From assembly GCA_036169735.1 (NCBI GenBank), contig JAVHNX010000009.1:7558-62633 (forward strand): 55,076 bases of DNA, given 5' to 3'. Source of the DNA: Minisyncoccota bacterium (GTDB lineage Bacteria; Patescibacteriota; Minisyncoccia; Phycocordibacterales; UBA9973). Each line of letters begins with the position of its first letter. Within the stretch, counting starts at the first letter, position 1. The notes below the pieces were generated by a model. It was given only the letters and a program-made list of their open reading frames with translations, searched no databases and had not been told where the DNA came from. Positions 37,677 to 45,718 of this stretch are shown piece after piece. The position numbers and the translations under genes are program-made.

Positions 37677-38948
37677 ATGAGTATTTTCTCAGGTATAATC
37701 TATATTTTTACCTTTTTATCTTTGTATGTACAGGTATTTTTTTTGGTTACTTTTTTAGAAAAAAGAAAAAATATTCTAGTTAGAACTGATCCAATTGAAT
37801 TGGATGAATATCCTGGAGTTACAATAATTGTGCCTTGTTATAATGAATCAAAAACAATTACCGCTACAATTGATTCACTTTTAAATTTAGATTATCCCAA
37901 AGACAAACTTCAGTTATTTATTATTGACGATGGAAGTAAAGATAATACTTGGCAACTTATTCAAGAATTTACAAATTACGAAAATATAAAAGTTTTTCAT
38001 AAAGAAAATGGAGGTAAGTATACCGCTCTTAATTTTGGACTTACAAAAGTAGAAACTCCATTTATTGGTTGTTTAGATGCAGACTCTTTTGTTGATTCTG
38101 AAGCCTTGAAAAGAATTATGACTTATTTTGGTGATAAAAATACAATGGCTGTAGCACCATCTATTATTGTAGACAACCCAAAAAATATTTTACAGGGAGC
38201 ACAAAAAGCAGAATATGATATGGGTGTCTATAATAAAAAAATGCTTGCTTTTCTTGGTGGAATTCATGTTACCCCTGGTCCTTTTTCAATATTTAGAAAA
38301 AAAGTTTTTGATGATTTAGGTCCATATAGGCATGCTCACAATACTGAAGACCAAGAAATAGCACTTCGTATGCAAGAACATCACTACAAGATTGAGCATT
38401 GCCCGGATGCTTATGTTTATACAGTTGCTCCTAATACTGTCAAAAAATTATATCGCCAAAGATTAAGATGGATCTATGGTTTTATTAGAAATGCGATAGA
38501 TTACAGAAGACTTATTTTTAAAAAGGAATTCGGAACACTCGCTTTCTTTACTTTACCATCTGGATTGATATCAGTTTTTTCAGCTGTTTTTTTGTTTATG
38601 ATGATATCTTACAATTTAATTAATTTTATTCTACATAAAATAATACAAATTAGCGCAGTTGGTTTTAGTAATACTTTTTCCAGTTCTGGTTTCAGTTTTG
38701 ATTTCTTTTTCTTTGATACCAAAACGATAGTTTTTATTTCAATTATTCTGTATACTTCAATCATAATATCCCTCCTGATAGGCAGGACGATGTTGGAAGG
38801 TAAACCAAGAATTTCCTTTGATCTGTTTTATTTTATAATTATATACAGTGTAATTGCTCCATTTTGGATTATAAAGGCGCTTATAAACGCTATTAGGTCC
38901 AAAGAAACGAGCTGGACACTAGAAAGGGAAGCTAAAGTAGCTAAATAA
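37677..38948 (+). CDS. Processive family-2 glycosyltransferase (PgaC/IcaA/cellulose-synthase-like)
   Basis: VTIIVPCYNE, IIDDGSKDNT, LDADS, TEDQE and the processivity motif QRLRW. One N-terminal and several C-terminal TM helices. Confidence 0.8.
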   Translation: MSIFSGIIYIFTFLSLYVQVFFLVTFLEKRKNILVRTDPIELDEYPGVTIIVPCYNESKTITATIDSLLNLDYPKDKLQLFIIDDGSKDNTWQLIQEFTNYENIKVFHKENGGKYTALNFGLTKVETPFIGCLDADSFVDSEALKRIMTYFGDKNTMAVAPSIIVDNPKNILQGAQKAEYDMGVYNKKMLAFLGGIHVTPGPFSIFRKKVFDDLGPYRHAHNTEDQEIALRMQEHHYKIEHCPDAYVYTVAPNTVKKLYRQRLRWIYGFIRNAIDYRRLIFKKEFGTLAFFTLPSGLISVFSAVFLFMMISYNLINFILHKIIQISAVGFSNTFSSSGFSFDFFFFDTKTIVFISIILYTSIIISLLIGRTMLEGKPRISFDLFYFIIIYSVIAPFWIIKALINAIRSKETSWTLEREAKVAK

Positions 38949-38954
38949 AAATAT

Positions 38955-39650
38955 ATGCAACAACAACCACAACTTGATTGGAAAAGATACTTAATAGTGT
39001 TTTTTATAACACTCGGTTTATTTTTAACCGCAGTGTATGTCAGTAACTATTTTAGTGATAAAAAATTGAGTCAGCTTAAAAATATTCAAGATACGATATC
39101 TATCGATGTCCTTTCTTCAGAAACTCAATACGCACTACTTTCAGAACTTTCCTGTAAAAACGTTTCCGATTCAGTACTTTCAAGTGAATTAAATGACCTT
39201 GGAAACAAACTTGAATGGAGTTTGCAAAATCTTGGAGCGACGGATGAAGTAAATTATCTAAAGAAATATTATTCTTTACTTGAAATAAAAGATTACCTAT
39301 TAGCAAAGAAAATTTCTTCTACTTGTGGAGTTAAATCAGCCTTTATTCTTTATTTTTATACCACTGCTCAAAACTGTAGTGAGTGTGAGAAGCAAGGATT
39401 AGTCCTTTCTTCTTTACGTGAAAAGTATCCAGAATTAAAAGTTTATTCTTTCGATTTTTCTACTGATCTTTCTGCAGTCAAAGCTATGCTTGATATATAC
39501 AAAATTCAAGATACAAAACTCCCAGCTGTGGTGATTAATGACGAGCTACTAACTAGTTTCCAGAGCGTAGATGCACTAGAATTACGTATCAAAGACTCTT
39601 TTAAACTTCAAGAACCAAAGACAATAAAAAACACAAAGGCTTCAAAGTAA
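38955..39650 (+). CDS. Membrane-anchored thioredoxin-like protein with CxxC (CSEC) motif
   Basis: N-terminal TM helix (YLIVFFITLGLFLTAVYV). The C-terminal AFILYFYTTAQNCSECEKQG ... TKLPAVVIND fits a beta1-CxxC-alpha1 ... cis-Pro layout. Confidence 0.5.
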   Translation: MQQQPQLDWKRYLIVFFITLGLFLTAVYVSNYFSDKKLSQLKNIQDTISIDVLSSETQYALLSELSCKNVSDSVLSSELNDLGNKLEWSLQNLGATDEVNYLKKYYSLLEIKDYLLAKKISSTCGVKSAFILYFYTTAQNCSECEKQGLVLSSLREKYPELKVYSFDFSTDLSAVKAMLDIYKIQDTKLPAVVINDELLTSFQSVDALELRIKDSFKLQEPKTIKNTKASK

Positions 39651-39725
39651 GGTTGCTATTTTTAGAGTGTGTGCTATAGTTTATTTAAATTTCTTTAAAT
39701 AATTAAACTTAAAAATTTCTAACTT

Positions 39726-40088
39726 ATGAACAAAGGAACTGTTTTTTCCGATACAACTATCGGAATATTTTTCGAATTGGCTAACCAAAAAGAAGCCTTA
39801 TTAATTTCATCTGCTCTAGTAAAAAAAGGAGCAAAAGTTCATTTAACTTCTAGTAAAAAGGAATTAGAAAAATTTCTTTGGGAGGTTACTTCAGAAACAA
39901 ACCTTTATGGAGTTATCTTTGACGAAGATATTACCAATTCAGAGTTAATCAAAAAAAAGTTTGGGGGTGAAATTTTAACGTCAGCAATGTCGTTTCCTGT
40001 AGATCATCCACCTGTAGTTGTTTCGGACAAAAATCCGTTAGATCTTTTTTTACGTGAATTGTTTTGTAAGCAAGAAGTAAAAGTTTAA
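39726..40088 (+). CDS. Hypothetical protein (120 aa), possibly a degenerate receiver-like fold
   Basis: ORF with a downstream terminator. The alternating beta/alpha pattern IGIFFE..KVHLTSS..YGVIFDEDI is suggestive only. Confidence 0.4.
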   Translation: MNKGTVFSDTTIGIFFELANQKEALLISSALVKKGAKVHLTSSKKELEKFLWEVTSETNLYGVIFDEDITNSELIKKKFGGEILTSAMSFPVDHPPVVVSDKNPLDLFLRELFCKQEVKV

Positions 40089-40103
40089 AAAATCAACAAA
40101 AAA

Positions 40104-40128
40104 CCTCCCAAGATTTGGGAGGTTTTTT
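40104..40128. terminator. Bidirectional terminator hairpin
   Basis: cctcccaa / ttgggagg stem, with an A-run before and a T6 run after. It sits between a + strand CDS and the 3' end of the - strand tRNA. Confidence 0.7.
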
Positions 40129-40132
40129 CTTT

Positions 40133-40208
40133 TGGAGCCGGCACGAGGATTCGGACCCCGGACATCCACTTTACAAAAGTGGCGCTCTACCAACTGAGCT
40201 ATGCCGGC
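40133..40208 (-). tRNA. tRNA-Thr (anticodon UGU), CCA encoded
   Basis: The reverse complement folds by hand as GCCGGCA-TA-GCTC-AGTTGGTA-GAGC-G-CCACT-TTTGTAA-AGTGG-ATGTC-CGGGG-TCCGAAT-CCTCG-TGCCGGC-T-CCA (76 nt). The T-loop reads TCCGAAT rather than the usual TTCGAAT. Confidence 0.85.
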
Positions 40209-40352
40209 AATATATTACATTAAACTTACTAAAACATTGTACTGTTATTATTTAGCGTATATCTACCAAAACAGCTATGCCGATAAATATCTATAAACTA
40301 CTTAACAACTCAACCATTCTATCAGATTTGTTTTATTCTATCAAGCTTTTTC

Positions 40353-40760
40353 TTAAGATTGATTTCTTTCTTCTTCTACGATTTGGTGTTTGATTTTACT
40401 GATTTTTTGTTTGTATTCAGACACCTTTTTTAAAAACTTTGAAACTTCTTTATGACCACTACTTTTTTCAAACTTATTTCGGGTTATTATTTTATATGTT
40501 TTATTGTAAAGCTTATTACTTTTATCTTTTATTAAATTTAAAGTACGTACATAGAGTCTGATTGTTATGACTAGCGCAATAAATCCATATCTTTTAAGAT
40601 TTTTAACAGCAATAATCCTTACATCTTTTGAGTCAGGAATTTCAAAGAAAAAATCGTTTAAAGGTTCTACTAGTTCGTCTTTAGGTATAATTAATTTTCG
40701 TCCGATCATTAGGGCGATACCCGCGAGTGATACGAAGAATAAAATTAATACAATTTGCAT
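40353..40760 (-). CDS. Hypothetical small membrane protein, last gene of the rpsB-tsf string
   Basis: N-terminal TM helix IVLILFFVSLAGIALMI and a Lys-rich C-terminus. The start is 4 nt after the tsf stop. Confidence 0.5.
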   Translation of the reverse strand: MQIVLILFFVSLAGIALMIGRKLIIPKDELVEPLNDFFFEIPDSKDVRIIAVKNLKRYGFIALVITIRLYVRTLNLIKDKSNKLYNKTYKIITRNKFEKSSGHKEVSKFLKKVSEYKQKISKIKHQIVEEERNQS

Positions 40761-40764
40761 TTTT

Positions 40765-41544
40765 TTAAATAGAGTAACGCTTTACTTCTTTGATTTTTGC
40801 TTTAGCAGCTTCTAGTAGTTTGCCGATAGTTAGATCTTGGTTTTTTATGAAAGGTTGTTCAAGAAGTGTTTTTTCTTTGAAGTATGTGTTTATTTTACCT
40901 TCCAACATTTTCTTTTTTATTTCTTCTGGTTTGTCGATACTAGCAACTTCCTTTTCGAAGATTTCAACCATTGTTTTCTTTGTGTCCTCACTGATCTCGT
41001 CCGCTGAAATGTATTCTGGTTTCATTGCAGCAGTATGCATTGCTACATCCTTTGCAAGTTCTGAAGTACCTCCTTCTAGGCTTACAACAATAGCTGCTTT
41101 GCTGTTGTGTACATAATAACCAATAACGTCTCCTTCTACTAGGTATACGTCACCAAGCTGAATATTTTCTCCAGTTTTCTGGATGATTGGATCAATTAAA
41201 TCTTTAGCACCTTCTTTCATTTTATCAATACCTTCTTTTATTGCTTTGTCAGCTAGAGTAGATAAAAGGGAAGTAAAGTCTTCGTTTCTAGATACGAAAT
41301 CAGTCTCACAGTGAAGGGCGACTAATACAGCTTTGTTTGTACCTGTTTTTACAGTGACTGCACCATCTGCCGCTGTTCTGTCTGCTTTTTTCATTGCGAT
41401 ATCAGAACTAGTCTTTTTTAAAATAGCTAAGGCTTTTTTCATATCTCCCTCAGCTTCTTCGAGGGCACGTTTACATTGCATAACAGAGATACCAGTCGCG
41501 TCTCTAAGCTCCTTTATTAACTCGGTTGTTATTATTGATGACAT
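40765..41544 (-). CDS. tsf: Translation elongation factor Ts
   Basis: The N-terminal UBA-like ELIKELRDATGISVMQCKRALEEAEGDMKKALAILK and the core CETDFVSRNEDF. Confidence 0.93.
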   Translation of the reverse strand: MSSIITTELIKELRDATGISVMQCKRALEEAEGDMKKALAILKKTSSDIAMKKADRTAADGAVTVKTGTNKAVLVALHCETDFVSRNEDFTSLLSTLADKAIKEGIDKMKEGAKDLIDPIIQKTGENIQLGDVYLVEGDVIGYYVHNSKAAIVVSLEGGTSELAKDVAMHTAAMKPEYISADEISEDTKKTMVEIFEKEVASIDKPEEIKKKMLEGKINTYFKEKTLLEQPFIKNQDLTIGKLLEAAKAKIKEVKRYSI

Positions 41545-41555
41545 ATTTTTTTAAA

Positions 41556-42290
41556 TTAAGCTTTTTTAATAGGTGAAGTTTCTTCTTCAGGAGTGGACAT
41601 TTGGCCATCTTTGTAAGCACCAACAATAGATGTAGTGAATAGCTTGATAGATGGTATTGATGCATCATTTCCAACAATAGGATAGTCTAAATCTTTTAGA
41701 TTTGTATCAGAATTTACAAGAGTAATAACTGGTATATTTGCTTTTCTAGCTTCAGTAGCAGCAATATGTTCTGCTTTAGCGTCAATGATAAACATTGCAT
41801 CAGGGGCCTTTTTAAGACCAATAAGACCTGAATAGTATTTGGAAAGTCTTTCCATTTTCTTAGCCATAACAACCCTTTCTTTCTTTGTATACTTTTCAAG
41901 ATTTCCTTCGGAACTATCTTTTCTGTAGTTTTCAAGTTCGTTGATTCTCTTTTTGATTTCTACGAAGTTACTTAATGTACCTCCGATCCATCGTTCGATA
42001 ACATATGGCATATTTAGAGACTCAGCTGCAGTTCTGATAGCTTCACGAGCTTCAGGCTTCGTTCCGACAAAAAGAACAACCTTATTGCGGGCGCCCAGAC
42101 TTTTTATGAATTCAGTAGCCTCAGCAAGCATGATATTTGTTTTTTCGAGATCAATGATATCTGTCTTATTTTTGGTAGCGAATATATATGAAGCAACAGA
42201 AGGATGTCTTCTGGTTTTTGAATAGCCGTAGTGTGCTCCGGCCTGAAACATTTGCTCTATTATCGCCTCATTGTTTTCTATTTTTTGCAT
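41556..42290 (-). CDS. rpsB: 30S ribosomal protein S2
   Basis: MFQAGAHYGY..R.HP......F......IIDLEKT, ILFVGTK, WIGGTLSN. I prefer the ATG at 42290 because the upstream ATG at 42326 lies inside the predicted -35 box. Confidence 0.9.
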   Translation of the reverse strand: MQKIENNEAIIEQMFQAGAHYGYSKTRRHPSVASYIFATKNKTDIIDLEKTNIMLAEATEFIKSLGARNKVVLFVGTKPEAREAIRTAAESLNMPYVIERWIGGTLSNFVEIKKRINELENYRKDSSEGNLEKYTKKERVVMAKKMERLSKYYSGLIGLKKAPDAMFIIDAKAEHIAATEARKANIPVITLVNSDTNLKDLDYPIVGNDASIPSIKLFTTSIVGAYKDGQMSTPEEETSPIKKA

Positions 42291-42297
42291 GTCAGAT

Positions 42298-42326
42298 ATT
42301 CTATCAGAATGTCCCAATATTTGCAA
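42298..42326 (-). promoter_or_regulatory. Promoter TTGCAA-N17-TAGAAT, with the -10 ending 7 nt before the rpsB ATG (leaderless geometry)
   Basis: The minus strand reads ttgcaa atattgggacattctga tagaat atctgac ATG. Confidence 0.55.
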
Positions 42327-42337
42327 ATTTATTAACT

Positions 42338-42366
42338 TTGACTAAAAGGTCATTTTCGAGTAGGAT
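42338..42366 (+). promoter_or_regulatory. Promoter TTGACT-N17-TAGGAT, with the -10 ending 8 nt before the proS ATG (leaderless geometry)
   Basis: The plus strand reads ttgact aaaaggtcattttcgag taggat gacactat ATG. Confidence 0.5.
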
Positions 42367-42374
42367 GACACTAT

Positions 42375-43664
42375 ATGACTAACGGAATGAGACAATCTAA
42401 ACTTTTTACAAAAACAAGGAGGGAAGCACCTGCAGATGAGACCTCAAAGAACGCTGAACTTCTAATCCGTGCTGGATTTATTCACAAAGAAATGGCTGGT
42501 GTTTATTCTTTTCTACCTCTAGGTTTGCGTGTTATCAATAAGATTGAAAATATAATTAGAGAAGAAATGGACGAAGTGGGTGGAACTGAAATGAGAACCT
42601 CTATTCTTCAAAGTAAGGAAGTTTGGGAAAAAACAAAAAGATGGGATGATGAAGTTGTAGATAATTGGTTTAAAACAAAATTAAAAAATGACACAGAGAT
42701 TGGTTTGTCATTTACCAATGAAGAAGCTTATTCAAATATTTTGAAACAGTATGTAAGCTCTTATAAGGATTTGCCACTATACCCGTATGATTTTAAAAAT
42801 ATTTTTAGAAATGAAACAAGAAGTAAATCTGGAATCATGAGAGGTAGAGAATTTTTCTGGAAAGCACTTTATTCTTTTTCAAAAGATACAGCAGAACACG
42901 AAGCTTTTTATGAAAAGATGAAAATTGCTTATAAAAATGTTTATAAAAGAGCAGGGCTTGGACATATTACTTATATGACTTTTGCTTCTGGTGGAACTTT
43001 TTCCAAGTTCTCTCATGAGTTCCAGACCATTACTTCTGTTGGTGAAGATACTATTTACTTAGATGAAAATTCAGGAATTGCTATAAATAAAGAAGTTTAC
43101 AATGACGAGGTTATTACAGAACTTAATCTAGTTAAAGAGAATTTAGTTGAAAAAAGAGCTGTAGAAGTGGGAAATATTTTCTCTCTCGGAACAAAGTTTT
43201 CTGAGCCTTTTGATTTGAAATACAAAGATGAAAAAGGTGAAGACAAATTTGTTGTAATGGGTAGTTATGGTATTGGCCTAAGTCGTTTGATGGGTACTGT
43301 TGTGGAATCCTTGGCTGACGACAAAGGTATTATCTGGCCTGAATCCATTGCTCCTTTCAAAATACATTTACTTGCTTTGGGAGATAAAGAAAATGTTTTA
43401 TCTGAAGCAAATAGGATTTTTGAGAAACTTTCCAAAGCTGGTGTGGAGGTCCTTTTTGATGACCGTTTAGAATTATCTGCTGGAGAAAAATTTGCTGATG
43501 CTGATTTACTTGGTATACCTTACCGTGCCGTGGTCTCAGAAAGAAGTATGAAGAATTTACCTGAAGGTGTGACCGAAGGAATCGAACTTAAAAAGCGTAC
43601 AGAAGAAAAAGGCCAGATTGTTTCTTTGGAAGAATTGTTAGAGATAATATCTAAAGAAAATTAA
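42375..43664 (+). CDS. proS: Prolyl-tRNA synthetase, bacterial-type N-terminus but lacking the INS editing domain
   Basis: MRQSKLFTKTRREAPADETSKNAELLIRAGFI..GVYSFLPLGLRV matches the bacterial ProRS N-terminus. Motif 2 is FRNETRSKSGIMRGREF and motif 3 is GSYGIGLSRL. At only 429 aa, about 25 residues stand where the ~180-aa INS domain normally sits. Confidence 0.85.
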   Translation: MTNGMRQSKLFTKTRREAPADETSKNAELLIRAGFIHKEMAGVYSFLPLGLRVINKIENIIREEMDEVGGTEMRTSILQSKEVWEKTKRWDDEVVDNWFKTKLKNDTEIGLSFTNEEAYSNILKQYVSSYKDLPLYPYDFKNIFRNETRSKSGIMRGREFFWKALYSFSKDTAEHEAFYEKMKIAYKNVYKRAGLGHITYMTFASGGTFSKFSHEFQTITSVGEDTIYLDENSGIAINKEVYNDEVITELNLVKENLVEKRAVEVGNIFSLGTKFSEPFDLKYKDEKGEDKFVVMGSYGIGLSRLMGTVVESLADDKGIIWPESIAPFKIHLLALGDKENVLSEANRIFEKLSKAGVEVLFDDRLELSAGEKFADADLLGIPYRAVVSERSMKNLPEGVTEGIELKKRTEEKGQIVSLEELLEIISKEN

Positions 43665-43671
43665 TTTAAAA

Positions 43672-44718
43672 ATGATTAAAAAATTTTACAAATTAATTTC
43701 CAATGACATTGGCATAGACCTAGGTACTGCTAATACTTTAGTGTACCTAAAAGGTCATGGTATCGTGATAAACGAGCCTTCTGTTGTCGCAGTGAACCAA
43801 AAGACAAATCAAATCCTTGCAGTCGGAATACGAGCAAAAGAAATGCTCGGCCGTACCCCAGGACATATTAAAGCTATCCGTCCACTTGTCGATGGTGTTA
43901 TTTCTGATTTCGAAGTAACCGAAGAAATGCTTTCTTATTTTATTAACAAAGCAGATAAAATATCTAAAAAAATGGCGAGACCAAGAGTTGTAATAGGTGT
44001 GCCTTCAGGTACGACCAATGTCGAGACACGTGCTGTTTATGATGCGGCTCGTAGTGCAGGTGCTCGAGAAGTCTTCTTGGTGGAAGAACCTATGGCCGCA
44101 GCTATTGGTATTAGACTTCCTACAAAAGATCCTGTCGGTTCGATGATTATTGATATCGGTGGAGGTACTACAGACGTCGCAGTTATTTCTCTCGGAGGTA
44201 TTGTAAAATCAAAAAATTTAAAAATAGCGGGAGACAGATTGAACAATGACATCATCACTTATATGCGTGATGAGTTCAAGATTTTAATTGGAGAGAAAAC
44301 CGCTGAAGCTGTGAAGATAGCTATCGGTTCTGTTATTCCAGTTGAATACATGGAGACTGCTGTACGTGGACGAGATTTACTGACCGGACTTCCTCGTGAA
44401 GTGGTTGTGACAGATTCTGATGTGCGTGAAGCTATTTCACTATCTATAAAGGAACTTGTTGAAGGAGTAAAAGATGTTCTTGAGACAACACCACCCGAAA
44501 TTCTTTCCGACATTATGCATAAAGGTATCACTCTTTCTGGAGGTGGAGCATTGTTGACTGGTCTCGACCAACTTCTTCAGGATGTTTTAAAAATTCCTGT
44601 TTACGTTATTGATGACCCTCTTTCCGCTGTGGCCCGTGGTACAGGAGTTATTTTAGATGATTTAGAATCATATCGTGAAGCTCTAATTGGAAATCAAGAT
44701 GAGTTACCTCCTAGATAG
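43672..44718 (+). CDS. mreB: Rod-shape determining actin homolog MreB
   Basis: IGIDLGTANTLVY, EPMAAAIG, IDIGGGTTDVAV, LSGGGALL. Confidence 0.95.
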   Translation: MIKKFYKLISNDIGIDLGTANTLVYLKGHGIVINEPSVVAVNQKTNQILAVGIRAKEMLGRTPGHIKAIRPLVDGVISDFEVTEEMLSYFINKADKISKKMARPRVVIGVPSGTTNVETRAVYDAARSAGAREVFLVEEPMAAAIGIRLPTKDPVGSMIIDIGGGTTDVAVISLGGIVKSKNLKIAGDRLNNDIITYMRDEFKILIGEKTAEAVKIAIGSVIPVEYMETAVRGRDLLTGLPREVVVTDSDVREAISLSIKELVEGVKDVLETTPPEILSDIMHKGITLSGGGALLTGLDQLLQDVLKIPVYVIDDPLSAVARGTGVILDDLESYREALIGNQDELPPR

Positions 44719-45562
44719 AAAAATAAAAAGAAGAAAGTTTTCAACTATTGCGGTTATTGTCGTATTTTTATTTATTTCTATTTATTTTAGATCCGCTCTC
44801 TTTAGTAAACTTTCATACGCAGCCCATTTTGTTTTTAAGCCAGTTGTTGTTTTAGGAAATAATATAGGTTATAAATTTTCTAGTACAGGGGACTATTTTA
44901 AAAATAAAAAATTAATTGTTTTGAAAAATGAAGAGTTGCAGGCGCAATTAAATGAGATGTCTGCTCGAGTTTCAAACTACAGTATTGTTTTAGATGAGAA
45001 TAATAATCTTAAAGAAATTCTCGGCCGTAAAACAGAAAAAGTTAATATGATTCTTTCTGCTATTTTGTCTAAACCCAATCAATCAATGTATGACACTTTG
45101 ATTATTGATGCTGGAGCAAATCAAGGAATAAAAATAGGGGAGGTTGTGTTTGCTTTAGGTAATGTTCCTATCGGACGTATTGCTGAAGTTGACGCTAGTT
45201 CTTCAAAGGTTGTTTTATTTTCAAATCCCAAAGAAAAAACAGAAGTGGTTATCACTCCAGATCATAATATTATAAAGGAGGCTGTTGTCTCAGCATCTGG
45301 TGAAGTATTACCTCCAATTGTTCACACTGGTGGAAATATTTTTATGCAAGTTGTTGGGCGTGGAGGAGGAAATTTTGAAATGATTTTGCCTCGAGATTTA
45401 ATTTTGGAAAAAGGAACAGAGGTTCATTTACCTGGTATTACACCGTATATACTTGGTGTCGTGCAAACAATAATCTCTGACCCTCGTGATGCTTTCCAAA
45501 AAGCTTTATTGACAAGTCCGGTAAATATTCAGGAGCTTAAGTTTGTAGAGGTTCAAATATAA
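44699..45562 (+). CDS. mreC: Rod-shape determining protein MreC (start at 44699 or 44687; overlaps the mreB end)
   Basis: N-terminal TM helix, coiled coil LKNEELQAQLNEM, then the beta-domain pattern GIKIGEVVFALGNVPIGRIAEVDASSSKVVLFSNP. It sits directly after mreB. Confidence 0.75.
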   Translation: MSYLLDRKIKRRKFSTIAVIVVFLFISIYFRSALFSKLSYAAHFVFKPVVVLGNNIGYKFSSTGDYFKNKKLIVLKNEELQAQLNEMSARVSNYSIVLDENNNLKEILGRKTEKVNMILSAILSKPNQSMYDTLIIDAGANQGIKIGEVVFALGNVPIGRIAEVDASSSKVVLFSNPKEKTEVVITPDHNIIKEAVVSASGEVLPPIVHTGGNIFMQVVGRGGGNFEMILPRDLILEKGTEVHLPGITPYILGVVQTIISDPRDAFQKALLTSPVNIQELKFVEVQI

Positions 45563-45718
45563 AAGTTGTTTTAAAGCTTTAGGAAATAAAAATATAGAAT
45601 TTGTTTTTAAAATACATTGCGCAGGCCGACGGGCCGAGCATAGCAAATTTTCAGCAGAAAATTATGTCGCGTATTTTAAAAATTAATTCTTTATTTTTAT
45701 TTAAATTATATAAAAATT

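Noticed and set aside
42291-42326. N-terminal extension of rpsB (the track start at 42326, MQILGHSDRISD...)
   Set aside because: The upstream ATG falls inside the predicted -35 hexamer of the rpsB promoter. The extension also has no counterpart in S2 proteins, so I prefer the ATG at 42290.
45601-45718. Possible riboswitch or leader (for example preQ1) in the mreC-tgt intergenic region. The region contains a small GC-rich patch (gcgcaggccgacgggccgagc) and short AT-rich stems.
   Set aside because: I could not match it to the preQ1-I/II consensus. preQ1 riboswitches normally control queCDEF/queT rather than tgt. The stems are short and AT-rich. No call without a covariance-model search.
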